A DNA stretch of 64,000 nt from Bacteriovoracia bacterium (GTDB lineage Bacteria; Bdellovibrionota; UBA1018; CAIPTA01): the NCBI GenBank assembly GCA_050246755.1, contig JBFWVL010000001.1:1216001-1280000 (forward strand). The letters are read 5' to 3'. The translations under genes were made by a program, and so were the position numbers. The notes under the pieces are model-generated. The model saw only the letters and a program-made list of their open reading frames with translations, made no database searches and was not told where the DNA came from. Below, in pieces: positions 29,764 through 39,878 of this stretch. Position 1 is the first letter of the stretch; each line of letters begins with the position of its first letter.

Positions 29764-30236
29764 TAGCGGAACTCCTCAAGCACTTTATCGAGCTGTTTCT
29801 CATCGAAATTCTCGTGGTAGTCGTCGTTGATCTGGCAAACCGGCGCCGTGCCGCAAGATCCGAGGCACTCCACTTCGGAAATAGTGAACATTCCATCCTT
29901 GGTGGTACCACCCAGAGAAACACCGCACTTCTTTTCCGCGCGGTGAATGAGGTCTTCGGAGCCGCGCAGCCAGCATGCGATGTTATTGCAAAACTGGAGG
30001 TTATACTTGCCCACCGGCTTGGTGTGGAACATGTGATAAAACGTAACCACTTCTTTCACCCGCGTTTTCGGAATCGCGAGAAAATCGGCCACATCTTGCA
30101 TCGTATCGTCGGAGATCCAGCCGCGGTCTTTTTGGGCCGCATGCAGAGCCGGTAAGAGCATGGCTAGCTTATTGGGATACATTCCTTGAATGCGGTCCAT
30201 CTCGGCGTAAAATTCGTTTCCAAATTTCTTTTCCAT
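29763..30236 (-). CDS. nuoE: NADH-quinone oxidoreductase subunit E
   Basis: VVTFYHMF and the 2Fe-2S ligands CNNIAC..ECLGSC. Confidence 0.96.
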   Translation of the reverse strand: MEKKFGNEFYAEMDRIQGMYPNKLAMLLPALHAAQKDRGWISDDTMQDVADFLAIPKTRVKEVVTFYHMFHTKPVGKYNLQFCNNIACWLRGSEDLIHRAEKKCGVSLGGTTKDGMFTISEVECLGSCGTAPVCQINDDYHENFDEKQLDKVLEEFR

Positions 30237-30237
30237 A

Positions 30238-31479
30238 TTAGCGGTCTAACTCCCCGGCAATAATATTCACGGAACCAATCACGGCGATCACGTCGCCCAC
30301 GTTTTCACCCTTCACCATCTCGTCTACGGGCTGGAACATGAAGAAAGAGGGGGCGCGGATACGCAAGCGGTAGGCCTTGGGACCGCCGCGGCTGATCGCG
30401 TAGAAGCCCATTTCGCCATTTGGGCCCTCCATAGGGCAGTACGCTTCTCCTGGAGGAACATCGAAACCTTCCATGAAAAATTTGAAATGGTGGATCAAGG
30501 ACTCCATCGAATTATAAACGCGTTCCTTTTCCGGAATCTTCACGCGTTTATCGTCGGCCCAGATTGGGCCTTTGGGCATTTTCTGCGCGATCTGGCGGAG
30601 CATGCGGATGGATTCGAAAATTTCCGCCATACGCACCAGATAGCGATCGTACACGTCGCCGCCCTTTGCCACCGGAACGTCGAACTCCAGCTCGCGGTAC
30701 GCAAGATAAGGGCGGTCCCTGCGTAGGTCGATATTTACGTTGGAAGCGCGGAGGCAAGGGCCCGTCATCGAGTAAGCGAGTGCCTGTTCGGCGGTGAAAA
30801 CGCCCACACCGCGGGTACGATCCACCCAGATACGGTTGTTCGTGAGCAGCTTGTCGAGCTCCTTAAAACATCTTTCGGTTTCATCAAGCCAAGCGTTCAG
30901 ACGGGGAATGAAGCCATCGGGCAAATCACCAGAAAGACCGCCCACGCGGGTATAGGTGGTGGTCAACCGTGACCCACAGAGACTTTCGATCAAACTATAA
31001 GCTTCTTCGCGCTGGTGGAATCCGATGAGAAAGTAGGTCATGGCGCCAAGGTCGAAGGCATTGATGCCCACGCAAATGATATGATCAATGATCCGCGCCA
31101 TTTCGCAAACCATCGTGCGAATCCACACGTTGCGCGGAGGAATCTCGATGCCCATGAGCTTCTCGATCGTGGTCACGTAGGCCACGTTATTCTGCAGGGC
31201 CGAACAATAATTCAGGCGGTCCGTATAGGGAATAAACTTATGGTAGGTTTTCACCTCGCCGAGCTTTTCCATCCCGCGATGCAAATAACCGATCTCACAT
31301 TTGCTCTCCTCCACCACTTCGCCGTTGAGCCGGCAAACGATACGAAGCGTTCCGTGGGTCGCCGGATGCTGGGGACCGATATTGATAAGCATCTGCGAAC
31401 TCTCGAAGATATCGCCATTATCGTCGTCTTCGAAGGCATCGCCTTTTCTAGGGAGCTGGAGTCCGGTTAGTTTATCCAT
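30238..31479 (-). CDS. nuoD: NADH-quinone oxidoreductase subunit D
   Basis: GPQHPATHG, GYLHRGMEK, DRLNY, FDLGA and C-terminal GELDR. Confidence 0.97.
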   Translation of the reverse strand: MDKLTGLQLPRKGDAFEDDDNGDIFESSQMLINIGPQHPATHGTLRIVCRLNGEVVEESKCEIGYLHRGMEKLGEVKTYHKFIPYTDRLNYCSALQNNVAYVTTIEKLMGIEIPPRNVWIRTMVCEMARIIDHIICVGINAFDLGAMTYFLIGFHQREEAYSLIESLCGSRLTTTYTRVGGLSGDLPDGFIPRLNAWLDETERCFKELDKLLTNNRIWVDRTRGVGVFTAEQALAYSMTGPCLRASNVNIDLRRDRPYLAYRELEFDVPVAKGGDVYDRYLVRMAEIFESIRMLRQIAQKMPKGPIWADDKRVKIPEKERVYNSMESLIHHFKFFMEGFDVPPGEAYCPMEGPNGEMGFYAISRGGPKAYRLRIRAPSFFMFQPVDEMVKGENVGDVIAVIGSVNIIAGELDR

Positions 31480-32132
31480 TATTCACGCTCCAATACGGTC
31501 TTGGCCGAGCCTGGAGAGCCGATTGTTTTTTCTTTACGCAGCTCGTGCCGCGACATTCTCTCCGCCGATGGATCAAGACCGAAGCTATCGGTGGATGCCG
31601 ATCCCTCGAAGCGCTGGTAGCGCTTAATGGGATAGTCCTTACGCTGGGGATGCCCCACCCAGCGCTCGTCGAGCAGAATGCGGTGCAGGTGGGGATGGCC
31701 CGAAAATCTCACGCCGTACATATCGAACACCTCGCGCTCCAGCCAATTGGCGGCCCTCCAGATGCCCACCACCGAGGGAGTTTCTTCTTCTTCTCTCACC
31801 CGCACCTTAATACGGATGCGGTCGTGGTTCTGCAGGGAAAAAAGCTGGTACACCACCACGAAGCGGTGCGCCCCGCCGGGGTTCTTCAAAGTGCCGAGGC
31901 CGTAGTCCGCGATCTTATCCAGCGGAGGATTATCATCGTAAGCGGTGAGATCAGAAAGGAAGCTGTACTCGAGGCCCTCTTCCGTGCGGATCGACTGCAA
32001 AAATTCTACGATTTTTTCTTTGCGCACGAAAAAAATAGGATCATCGGTATTTTCCGATACTACTTCCTCAATGGCATCGCCGTAACGGGCTTTGATCCTG
32101 TCGATTTTTTCCTTCGGAAAATCCATCTTCAT
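31479..32132 (-). CDS. nuoC: NADH-quinone oxidoreductase subunit C
   Basis: [33 protein letters not shown] and GHPQRKDYP. Confidence 0.95.
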   Translation of the reverse strand: MKMDFPKEKIDRIKARYGDAIEEVVSENTDDPIFFVRKEKIVEFLQSIRTEEGLEYSFLSDLTAYDDNPPLDKIADYGLGTLKNPGGAHRFVVVYQLFSLQNHDRIRIKVRVREEEETPSVVGIWRAANWLEREVFDMYGVRFSGHPHLHRILLDERWVGHPQRKDYPIKRYQRFEGSASTDSFGLDPSAERMSRHELRKEKTIGSPGSAKTVLERE

Positions 32133-32611
32133 TGCAGCATCGCCTTACTTTTTTTAATTTTTTCCTGGAGCCGCATCACGCCGTGAATCACGCCCTCAGG
32201 AGAGGGCGGGCAGCCGGGAATATAGATGTCCACCGGAATTACTTCATCCGCACCCTGCATAACACTGTAGGTATCGAAAATGCCGCCGGAAGAAGAACAA
32301 GCGCCCATTGCGATCACCCACTTAGGATCGGCCATTTGCTCATAGAGAGTCTTGAGCACGGGGCCCATCTTCTCCGTGATCGTGCCGGCGATGATCATCA
32401 TATCGCTCTGACGAGGAGAAAAGCGCACCACCTCGGCGCCGAAACGCGCAAGATCGTAGTCGGCCGAAAGCGTGGCCATCATCTCGATTCCGCAGCAGCT
32501 CGTACCGAAAGGATAGGGCCAGAGAGAGTTGGCTCTCGCCCAATTTACAAAATCTTCCAGTCTAGTAGTTAAAACATCCGGTGCGCCGTCTTTTGGCATA
32601 TCGCCCCCCAT
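32129..32611 (-). CDS. nuoB: NADH-quinone oxidoreductase subunit B
   Basis: [23 protein letters not shown] and IPGCPP. Alternative start at ATG 32599. Confidence 0.97.
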   Translation of the reverse strand: MGGDMPKDGAPDVLTTRLEDFVNWARANSLWPYPFGTSCCGIEMMATLSADYDLARFGAEVVRFSPRQSDMMIIAGTITEKMGPVLKTLYEQMADPKWVIAMGACSSSGGIFDTYSVMQGADEVIPVDIYIPGCPPSPEGVIHGVMRLQEKIKKSKAMLQ

Positions 32612-32636
32612 TCAGGCCGCTTCTGCGGCCCAGAAA

Positions 32637-32999
32637 CTATTCCCACTCGAGCCCGCCGCGGCGCCATTCGTATAAAAAGGCCACGGTAATCATGGTCATG
32701 AAAAATAGCATTACGCCGAGGATGAAAAAGTTCACCCCGAGAAATTTCCGGTACGCGAGGGCCCACGGAAAGAGCAGGGCTACCTCCACATCGAATAATA
32801 GAAAAGAAAGTGCCACGAGATAGAAGCGAACCGAAAAACGCTTTCTCGCGTCTCCACTAGGAGGTACGCCGCATTCGTATACGGAATTTTTGAATTTATT
32901 AGGTCGCTTTGGTCCCAAGAGAGCCGCGCCGAAAATTACGGCGAACGAGATGCCTAACCCCACGAGAAACAAAAGCAAAACCGGAAAATACCCGGACAT
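32637..32999 (-). CDS. nuoA: NADH-quinone oxidoreductase subunit A
   Basis: YECG, RFYLVALSFLLFDVE and YEWRRGGLEW. Confidence 0.96.
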   Translation of the reverse strand: MSGYFPVLLLFLVGLGISFAVIFGAALLGPKRPNKFKNSVYECGVPPSGDARKRFSVRFYLVALSFLLFDVEVALLFPWALAYRKFLGVNFFILGVMLFFMTMITVAFLYEWRRGGLEWE

Positions 33000-33041
33000 G
33001 CTGCACCCCCTAATGTGTGCAAAAAATTTAGCATGTTGGAT

Positions 33042-34496
33042 TTATTTAAGAAAGACTTTTGCAGTTTCGAAAAGTAAGGCAAATACCCGATGCCAAAGGA
33101 ATCCAAGCGCGGCGAGAGCAACGATTGCGACGGCTAACGAGAGCCACTCCAACGCGCCGTACCGAAACAGAACAAGAGGCGCAGTGTTTGTCGACGACGA
33201 AGCGCGTTGGCGGAATAGTAAATCCGTTCCCACGCGAATGGAAATTAGCGAAAGGGTGGCCACCAGCAGTACTTCGGCCGCGAGGAAAAATAGGGATTTC
33301 TGTTCCATCATCGCCGCCAAAAGATTCAATGCCATGGGAAATCCAGGTAAACCAGGAATGCAAAGCGGGCTGGCGAGCGCCAATAATAGCAATAACCCCG
33401 AAGAGCGAAACGTGCGCGCGGCACCGTAGACATCTTTTAAATTTTCGCCGCCGGCACTTTCTTGAAATCGTCCCCAGTTAAAACCCAAAAGACTGGTCCA
33501 AACAAAAACCGAGGCAAAAGCATAGGTAATGGAGGATGCACTAAGTACGGTCGGCAATGCACCGGCCACTAAAATGGCCGACCACTGCGCGCCCACTAGG
33601 GCACTGAAAAGACGCTTTGAATTTTCCTGCGTGAGCGCCACTAGGGCCAGCCAAAAGCCACCGCTAAGCCCACAGAGCTGTAACGTGCGCAGTCCCTCGG
33701 AAACTTCCCCGGGCCGAGCCTTGCCAAAAACCTCCACTCCCATTTTCCACAAAGCGAGGGTAACCGTTCCCTGCCAGATCACGGAAAGGGTTACCACTAC
33801 CGGCCAGGGCATTCCTTGGTCGCGATCCACGTGCGCAAAGTGAAATGGAAAGAGTCCGGCGGCCATCACGAAGGGCAGGCAAAGCGCAAACACCACGAGA
33901 AGCGCGCTGAGGGAATAAATCGATTGCGCGTGAAGAAAAGAAGAGATCACATCATAGTGAACGCCGCCGGCGACCACGGCCAGAGCCGTAGCCGCGCCAA
34001 ACCCACCCGCCATTACCAGAGAAGCTTGAATCCAGTACTTCAAGACGGCTTCCCCTTCACCGCGACCCCGAAACGCCAGGCCGCCGAGGAAAAGAGATAA
34101 CCACGATCCGCAAACCAGAAGGATAATCGAAAGGGTCATCTGTCGGGAAAGCAGCAAGAGATCACAAAGCATTACCAGCGTGGAAAGCAGGAAAAGAACT
34201 TCGTGTTTTCTTTTTGCGGGTAACTCTTTGGTGGCCACAACGCCGCGCCCCAGGAGAAGGGCCGCCACGAAAAGAGCCGCACGCGGCAAACGGAAAAGCG
34301 GTTGATCTTCCAGAAGCCCGAACCAGATTTGGGACTGATCGGCCGATTGGCCCACGGCCAAGGTTGCCATTGCCGCCAAAAATCCGAGGCTTGAAAGAAA
34401 TTCAATCGCCGTGCGCGAGCGAGAACTGCGGTTAAAAAGCAGCGCCACTCCTTGCGCTAGCGTGGCTAATCCGACGACTAAAATCGATAAGGGCAT
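33042..34496 (-). CDS. Divergent NuoN-like antiporter-fold subunit
   Basis: About 14 hydrophobic segments. EAVLKYW, FPFHFAHVDRDQGMP and ALTQENSKRLF align by eye to NuoN EASVKYF, PFHMWAPDVYEGAP and QTNLKRLM. Confidence 0.8.
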   Translation of the reverse strand: MPLSILVVGLATLAQGVALLFNRSSRSRTAIEFLSSLGFLAAMATLAVGQSADQSQIWFGLLEDQPLFRLPRAALFVAALLLGRGVVATKELPAKRKHEVLFLLSTLVMLCDLLLLSRQMTLSIILLVCGSWLSLFLGGLAFRGRGEGEAVLKYWIQASLVMAGGFGAATALAVVAGGVHYDVISSFLHAQSIYSLSALLVVFALCLPFVMAAGLFPFHFAHVDRDQGMPWPVVVTLSVIWQGTVTLALWKMGVEVFGKARPGEVSEGLRTLQLCGLSGGFWLALVALTQENSKRLFSALVGAQWSAILVAGALPTVLSASSITYAFASVFVWTSLLGFNWGRFQESAGGENLKDVYGAARTFRSSGLLLLLALASPLCIPGLPGFPMALNLLAAMMEQKSLFFLAAEVLLVATLSLISIRVGTDLLFRQRASSSTNTAPLVLFRYGALEWLSLAVAIVALAALGFLWHRVFALLFETAKVFLK

Positions 34497-34508
34497 GCCG
34501 ACCTCAAA

Positions 34509-35963
34509 CTAATTGCCATTTAATCCTTTCAGCAGGGCCGCCACCGATACTCCCATGGGCCCCAGAAGCAGGCTCGGCAAAACCCCTAAAACCAAAAGCA
34601 CCAGACCAAGCGGTGCAATCGCAAGAATCTCTTCCCAAACCAAGTCGTGAAACTCTCCGCGATCTCCATCACCGGCCCCGGCGTCGAGACGAAAAAACAT
34701 AATGCTCATCCCAGCAAAAGCAACCACCGGAACTGCTAGCGTAACCACGAGCAGCGGCCAGCTATGCACCCCGCTCAGCGACCAAATAACGAAAAGTACC
34801 CCGTAGAATCCAATGGAAACCGGCAGAAAGAGCGCAAAAAGGGAGGCCGCCGCCGTGCTGAGCGCAAAGGCAGGAAATTCACGGATTCTTTGGAGCGGTA
34901 AGGGGAATTTTCTTCTCTCGTGACAAGCAAGCACGAAGAGCATGAACGGAATAGAGAGCGTTTGGAAAAATAGGAGAATAAGAGAGCCGTGCCACCCTTT
35001 GGGATTTAAATTGAACAAGCCGATGGCGATGAACGAGCAAACGGTCTGCTGCAACCAAAATACGCGATCGCGCGCCTGGCGTGCGCCGAGAAAATTCAGC
35101 GCACAGTAAAGGGCGCCGATGGAGAAAAAGGCCAGAAGGTAATGGCCGAACCGCAAAAGCTCGCCGGGAAAAAGCTCCACCACGAAACGAGAGAGCAAAG
35201 TAAATCCCAGAAGCGGCTGCAGCGCTAGCGGCACCGCTTTTTCTACGGATTCCATTTCGAATATCCGGCGGGTGCTGCCGTGAAAGGGAAATATTCCGGC
35301 GCCGATCCCGAATGCCAGCAGCAATAATCCAAAGCCGATCGACCCCGGCAGTACCATATAGGTATCGCCCGATAGTCGGAACCACTCCCCGATGGAACCA
35401 CGGAATCCCTCCGAGAACGCCAGCACGCAAAGCAATAACGACAATGAAGCGATGGTAGAGAGAAAAGCCGCCTCGCGTACCGGCTCAATGCGATTTTCCT
35501 TTGCGTCTACCCCGGAAAATATAAATCGGGGGAGTAATGCGCCGGCAAAGAAAACAGAGAAAAGCAAAAGGTGATCAGCGCCTAGGGCACCGAGCACACA
35601 AGTCAAGTAGGCGGAAAGGCTGGCTACCGAGGCGCGGGATTTCTCGAGCATTCCCCTCGCCAGAAAGTGATAGCAAACGGTTACGGAAGAGACCGCTAGC
35701 GCCAATATTCCCGAATGAAATACCCAGCGGAGGCCCGTGTGATTCGACCAAGCGCTCTGGGCGAGAATCGCCGGAGAAAGCACGCTTCCGGCGTATTCGT
35801 TGGGCGAATAGAAGCCGATGGCCAAAAACAGAAAACAAACCCAAGAGAGAAGGTGCACCAACAACGAAAATGCCCAGAGCTTCTTCCCGCGCACGGGACC
35901 GCAAGCCGCCACCGTGACGAGCAGAGGCAAAAACGTAGCGATTAGTCCCGCCCAGCCTTTCAC
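34509..35963 (-). CDS. Divergent NuoM-like subunit (M2)
   Basis: DHLLLFSVFFAGALLPRF, IFPFHG, LPVSIGFYG and DLVWEEILAIAPL..LGVLP resemble NuoM. GTG start overlaps the upstream TGA (GTGA). Confidence 0.75.
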   Translation of the reverse strand: MKGWAGLIATFLPLLVTVAACGPVRGKKLWAFSLLVHLLSWVCFLFLAIGFYSPNEYAGSVLSPAILAQSAWSNHTGLRWVFHSGILALAVSSVTVCYHFLARGMLEKSRASVASLSAYLTCVLGALGADHLLLFSVFFAGALLPRFIFSGVDAKENRIEPVREAAFLSTIASLSLLLCVLAFSEGFRGSIGEWFRLSGDTYMVLPGSIGFGLLLLAFGIGAGIFPFHGSTRRIFEMESVEKAVPLALQPLLGFTLLSRFVVELFPGELLRFGHYLLAFFSIGALYCALNFLGARQARDRVFWLQQTVCSFIAIGLFNLNPKGWHGSLILLFFQTLSIPFMLFVLACHERRKFPLPLQRIREFPAFALSTAAASLFALFLPVSIGFYGVLFVIWSLSGVHSWPLLVVTLAVPVVAFAGMSIMFFRLDAGAGDGDRGEFHDLVWEEILAIAPLGLVLLVLGVLPSLLLGPMGVSVAALLKGLNGN

Positions 35964-37303
35964 AGGATCCCCCCGGCCAGCTGCGTGGCCACGACAATGA
36001 AACACATCAGGAAAACTCCATACCCAGCGAAAGCGGCCGGGGCCGACTCGAGAGAGGATTCCGCTCCCGGCTCAGGAGGACGATCATCCACAAAAATTCT
36101 TCGGCAGATATGCACGTTGGCGCAGAAGTAAAAAAACCAAAGCAAGCCGAATACGATGCCGTAGCTGATACCGAGATCGAGGGAACGAGCGCCGATCCCA
36201 CTGAAAATCTGAAACACCGGGGTGCCGGGCACTCCGAGGATAAGCGCGAAAAGAATTCCCACGAAAACCTTCTGTAGCGGGCGCACCACTTTGACCACCG
36301 AAGCATAAAGTACTAGCCCGGTGAATACTGGTACGAAGAGACAGGTAAAGTACGCGGATAGTACTAAGCTTGTCTTCGAGACTCCCACCGAAACCAAAAT
36401 GAGCGAAAAGAAAAAACTCGGTAGGCTTCCCAGCATTTTTCGCCTGGATCCGGCCGCAAAAAGACCGCTGATAGAAAAGGCGCAGCCGGAGATTCCCAGT
36501 AGATACAAAGCCAGCTTCTGCTTCCACCCCATATCGGGATAAACCACAGAAAAAAGCGTGGATATCTTCAAGGCCACCGCGCTGATGAAGGTAACCAAGG
36601 TAACGGTTACGCCTTCCGGAAGATTTTCCACCGCCATACTGAACCATCGGGACCATGGCGGAAGCGGAATCGAGAGCACTACAAGGCCCAGCCAGATAAA
36701 TAAACCGAGCGAAGAACCGGAGCGGGGGCCGAATAGCATATCCTTCGCGCCGAATTCCACCACGCCCCATACAATCATCAGCAGTCCCAACAAGAAGTAG
36801 AGGCTATACATACGGCGGGAAATTCTATCTCCCATCTCACGACTGGCCCCGGCAATGGCAAAGCGAATTAGGTAGAAGAACACCGCCGCCGCCAGCAAAA
36901 GCAAACCCCCAGTAGCTACCGCGTTGTTAGAAATTATAAAAAGGCTGGTAAACGCCTGCGCCAGCGATAGCAGCACGCTTACCACTCGCAGGCCGCCCGC
37001 CACCGCCCCCATCGCATGGGCAAAAAGAAAGCAGAGTTCTGCGGTGAGCAAAAAACCAAGCCGGAAAGAATCAAGCGAGAGCACGAATTCGAGCGGATAA
37101 CCATCAGCAAGCGAGGTAGAAATTTCAATTACCGCTCCGCCAAATACAACCGGGCGTAAAAGCACGATGAGAAGTAGAGCGCGAAGGCTCGACGCGATGA
37201 TCCCCGGGGAAACGAGCCTTTTGTGAAATGCATTCGGCAAAGGTATCGCGGCGGCGAAGGGCAAAACTATATACAGTAAGAATATTAGCCGTTCTAAGCT
37301 CAT
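35960..37303 (-). CDS. Divergent NuoM-like subunit (extra, M1)
   Basis: LSLDSF, IPLPPWSRW, SRRKMLG, LGVPGTPVF and RRIF resemble the NuoM/MrpD scaffold. ATGA overlap. Confidence 0.65.
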   Translation of the reverse strand: MSLERLIFLLYIVLPFAAAIPLPNAFHKRLVSPGIIASSLRALLLIVLLRPVVFGGAVIEISTSLADGYPLEFVLSLDSFRLGFLLTAELCFLFAHAMGAVAGGLRVVSVLLSLAQAFTSLFIISNNAVATGGLLLLAAAVFFYLIRFAIAGASREMGDRISRRMYSLYFLLGLLMIVWGVVEFGAKDMLFGPRSGSSLGLFIWLGLVVLSIPLPPWSRWFSMAVENLPEGVTVTLVTFISAVALKISTLFSVVYPDMGWKQKLALYLLGISGCAFSISGLFAAGSRRKMLGSLPSFFFSLILVSVGVSKTSLVLSAYFTCLFVPVFTGLVLYASVVKVVRPLQKVFVGILFALILGVPGTPVFQIFSGIGARSLDLGISYGIVFGLLWFFYFCANVHICRRIFVDDRPPEPGAESSLESAPAAFAGYGVFLMCFIVVATQLAGGIL

Positions 37304-39048
37304 TTAGCCCCCAGGAGAAAGAGCACTCCGGCGAAAAGCGTGAGCACGGTTCCAAAAAACAAATAAAAGCGAATATTTCCGGAATGAAGAAAACGCATCA
37401 GCCGAGAAAGCGAGGATCCGTAAGCGAGAAAACCACCCGGAAATTTCTCGGCAAAGAGCATCCGATCCGTCTCTTGCAGGGCACTGGCAGCGCGAATATT
37501 TATGGTTCCAGCTCTAAGCGCAATCCAGTCCATTCCTTTTTCGGGCGCAAGCACGGCCGCCTGATTCCAGCGGACAACCGCAGGATCGATTCGCGGAAAA
37601 AGATCTTCCATTTTCTTTTCCTTATTGGCGCTCCAAATACTAAGGCGAGAATTAGCTCCAAGGAGCATACCCGCCAACCCTCCCACCAGCAGGGCGGCCC
37701 CGCGCACTACAAGGGAAATATCGGATAAGAAATCTATCGGGAACTGAAGCAGCCCGGACAACCCATCGTAGGCCCGGAATAGAGCGGCCAGTTGAATCAG
37801 GATAACCAGTGACGCGGGCAAAACCGCGGAAGCGAAAGTAAAATTATTTTCCTTCTCTTTGTTCTGCCGCAGAGAACCCACCAATGCCTTCACGGCCACC
37901 AGAGAAAGCAGAAAAGTGAGTATTCCCATGATGGCTATTTTCAAGATCGTTTCCCGATTCTCGGTATGCGCCGAAGGTACGCTCGTAAAAGGAACCACGC
38001 CGGAGATGATTCCCAGCAAAAACAGTGTGGCTAAGAATATGAGCGCCGTTCGCCACGCTTGGGCACTTTGGCGGGCGAAGCGGAGCAAAAGGCTTAGGGC
38101 GTAACAAGAAAGCAGGCCCATCGCTTCGAAGGCTCCCCAGCTTAATTCTTCCGGCTTTAAAGACGAGAAGCGCAGAAAGAGGATGTATCCAAAAATGCCG
38201 AATAACATCCAAAAGCTGGCGCTAAGCGTGGTGGAGGCGAGAAAAGACAAAGCCGAAAACAGTGCCGTGGCAACTGCAAATAGCGCCGAAAGCGGGATCC
38301 ATAATTCGCCCGACATGTCCTCGTGGATAACTCTACCCAGCAGAAAAAAGGCCGTACCCGCCTGAATCAACGCGAGCGGAACATAGCGCCACTCGCTGAA
38401 ATTATGCTTAGAAAGCATGAATGCCATCACGTAAAGCACCATGCCGAGCAGAACGACGGAGCTATTGGTAAAGAAGCTCGCCGCGGTGAGGCCGAGCATC
38501 GCGATCAATCCGAGAAATAAAAAACTATTTCGCTTAAAATAGGAAATTCTCTCGAGCTCGCCCTCTGTGCCGCCCATTTCTAGGCTGAAAGAATGCAAGA
38601 GGAAAACGGTGATTTCGATGAACATCAGCGAAAGGAGCGCGTTCTCGCTCAAGTAGGCGAGGGCCAGGAATAAGAACGAACCGCTTAGGAATAGAAAGCG
38701 CAGCGTACCCCTCGCGCCGCCGAAGGAAGAAGCGCCGTCGAACATGACCAAACCAAGCAAAACGGAGGCAGAAAGAAAAATCCAAACGTACCGCACCCAA
38801 TACATGAGTAACGACGGCTCAAAATAGCCGGAAGTGTCGGTGGAAAGGGGCAATAGAAATTCCATTTTCACCGGAAGCTCAAACTGAAAAATCCCGATTA
38901 GGGAGGCGAGCAGCATCGTGCCGAACAAAATAAGACCGCCACGCTTCTCGGAATCGGAACGGCGATCGCTCTTAAGCGCAAACAAAACCAGCGCCGCAAG
39001 CGGGGCGCAGAATATAAGCAGTGGCACTACGATATTCCCAAAATTCAT
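37300..39048 (-). CDS. Divergent NuoL-like subunit
   Basis: SENALLSLMFIE (TM5 Glu), a long amphipathic C-terminal helix, and LMRFLHSGNIRFYL matching canonical LRLMHTGRLEHYL plus a final TM. Confidence 0.75.
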   Translation of the reverse strand: MNFGNIVVPLLIFCAPLAALVLFALKSDRRSDSEKRGGLILFGTMLLASLIGIFQFELPVKMEFLLPLSTDTSGYFEPSLLMYWVRYVWIFLSASVLLGLVMFDGASSFGGARGTLRFLFLSGSFLFLALAYLSENALLSLMFIEITVFLLHSFSLEMGGTEGELERISYFKRNSFLFLGLIAMLGLTAASFFTNSSVVLLGMVLYVMAFMLSKHNFSEWRYVPLALIQAGTAFFLLGRVIHEDMSGELWIPLSALFAVATALFSALSFLASTTLSASFWMLFGIFGYILFLRFSSLKPEELSWGAFEAMGLLSCYALSLLLRFARQSAQAWRTALIFLATLFLLGIISGVVPFTSVPSAHTENRETILKIAIMGILTFLLSLVAVKALVGSLRQNKEKENNFTFASAVLPASLVILIQLAALFRAYDGLSGLLQFPIDFLSDISLVVRGAALLVGGLAGMLLGANSRLSIWSANKEKKMEDLFPRIDPAVVRWNQAAVLAPEKGMDWIALRAGTINIRAASALQETDRMLFAEKFPGGFLAYGSSLSRLMRFLHSGNIRFYLFFGTVLTLFAGVLFLLGAK

Positions 39049-39063
39049 CCGTTAAAACTCCAG

Positions 39064-39384
39064 CTAATGCCGCAAACTATCTTCTTCATCCACATCCAGC
39101 GTTCCGCGAAATCGGCTACAGCGGTGCAATACCAGCAGACCCACCGCCACGAGCGCGGGAACCATTCCCAATGCCACTAACGAGAGCACGATGAGATCTC
39201 CGCCGCCGGAAGAAAAATATTGCGAGAATAAAAATCCACATGCCACCACGGCCTTAAGTGCGGTGGCCTGACCCACCAGCCCCCATGCCGCCACCCGGCG
39301 CAGCGCGATGGCCGAAAGGCCCGCCACAAATACGGCCAAGAGCAAGATCACGTTAATTTTGTTTGCCACCGAGGTTAAATCCAT
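39064..39384 (-). CDS. Divergent NuoK-like subunit
   Basis: ATG at 39384 (TAATG overlap) gives 106 aa with 3 TMs. FVAGLSAIALRR and GTLDVDE..SLR match the NuoK pattern. Confidence 0.75.
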   Translation of the reverse strand: MDLTSVANKINVILLLAVFVAGLSAIALRRVAAWGLVGQATALKAVVACGFLFSQYFSSGGGDLIVLSLVALGMVPALVAVGLLVLHRCSRFRGTLDVDEEDSLRH

Positions 39385-39878
39385 TACCGCTCCCTCCGCA
39401 CAAGGAAGAATCCTCCGGTAACGATTACGATCAGGAAAAGCAGCGGAATCACCGCTAGCAGCCAGTCGGAGGTCCAGATTTTTTCGTGGAGCAGAGACAA
39501 ACTTGGCGCCGGCGTCACCCCCGGTGGCATCAACTCCTCGAGCTCCAAGATCGCCAGCGCGCCGGTGACCACCGAGCAAAGGCCTAGCCATAGGAAAAAC
39601 AGGCGATACAGCCAATCGGCACGGCGATTGCGGGCCGGGCGCGCGGGAAGCAGTTCTTGGGTGCGAAAATAAAGATAAATAGCGAAATCGGCCGAAAGAA
39701 ATACCGCAATCATCATAATCCCAAAGTATCCGCCACTCATGAGTTCTACGGCCGCGCCCAAGCCAATGGAGCAAAGAATAGATCCCCAGAGTAAACGTTC
39801 GGTGGAATCGGCGGTGATCGCCATAATCGCGGAAATCAATGCCAACGCCAAACAGCTGCCAACAAAAAATGAGATCAT
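39384..39878 (-). CDS. Divergent NuoJ-like subunit
   Basis: 164 aa with 5 TMs, ALISAIMAIT, and C-terminal IWTSDWLL..IVIVTGGFFL. Sits between the I-like and K-like genes. Confidence 0.72.
   Translation of the reverse strand: MISFFVGSCLALALISAIMAITADSTERLLWGSILCSIGLGAAVELMSGGYFGIMMIAVFLSADFAIYLYFRTQELLPARPARNRRADWLYRLFFLWLGLCSVVTGALAILELEELMPPGVTPAPSLSLLHEKIWTSDWLLAVIPLLFLIVIVTGGFFLVRRER

Noticed and set aside
39385-39774. 236-aa ORF extending the NuoK-like gene upstream
   Set aside because: The extension overlaps the J-like gene out of frame. ATG 39384 with a TAATG overlap gives a NuoK-sized protein.
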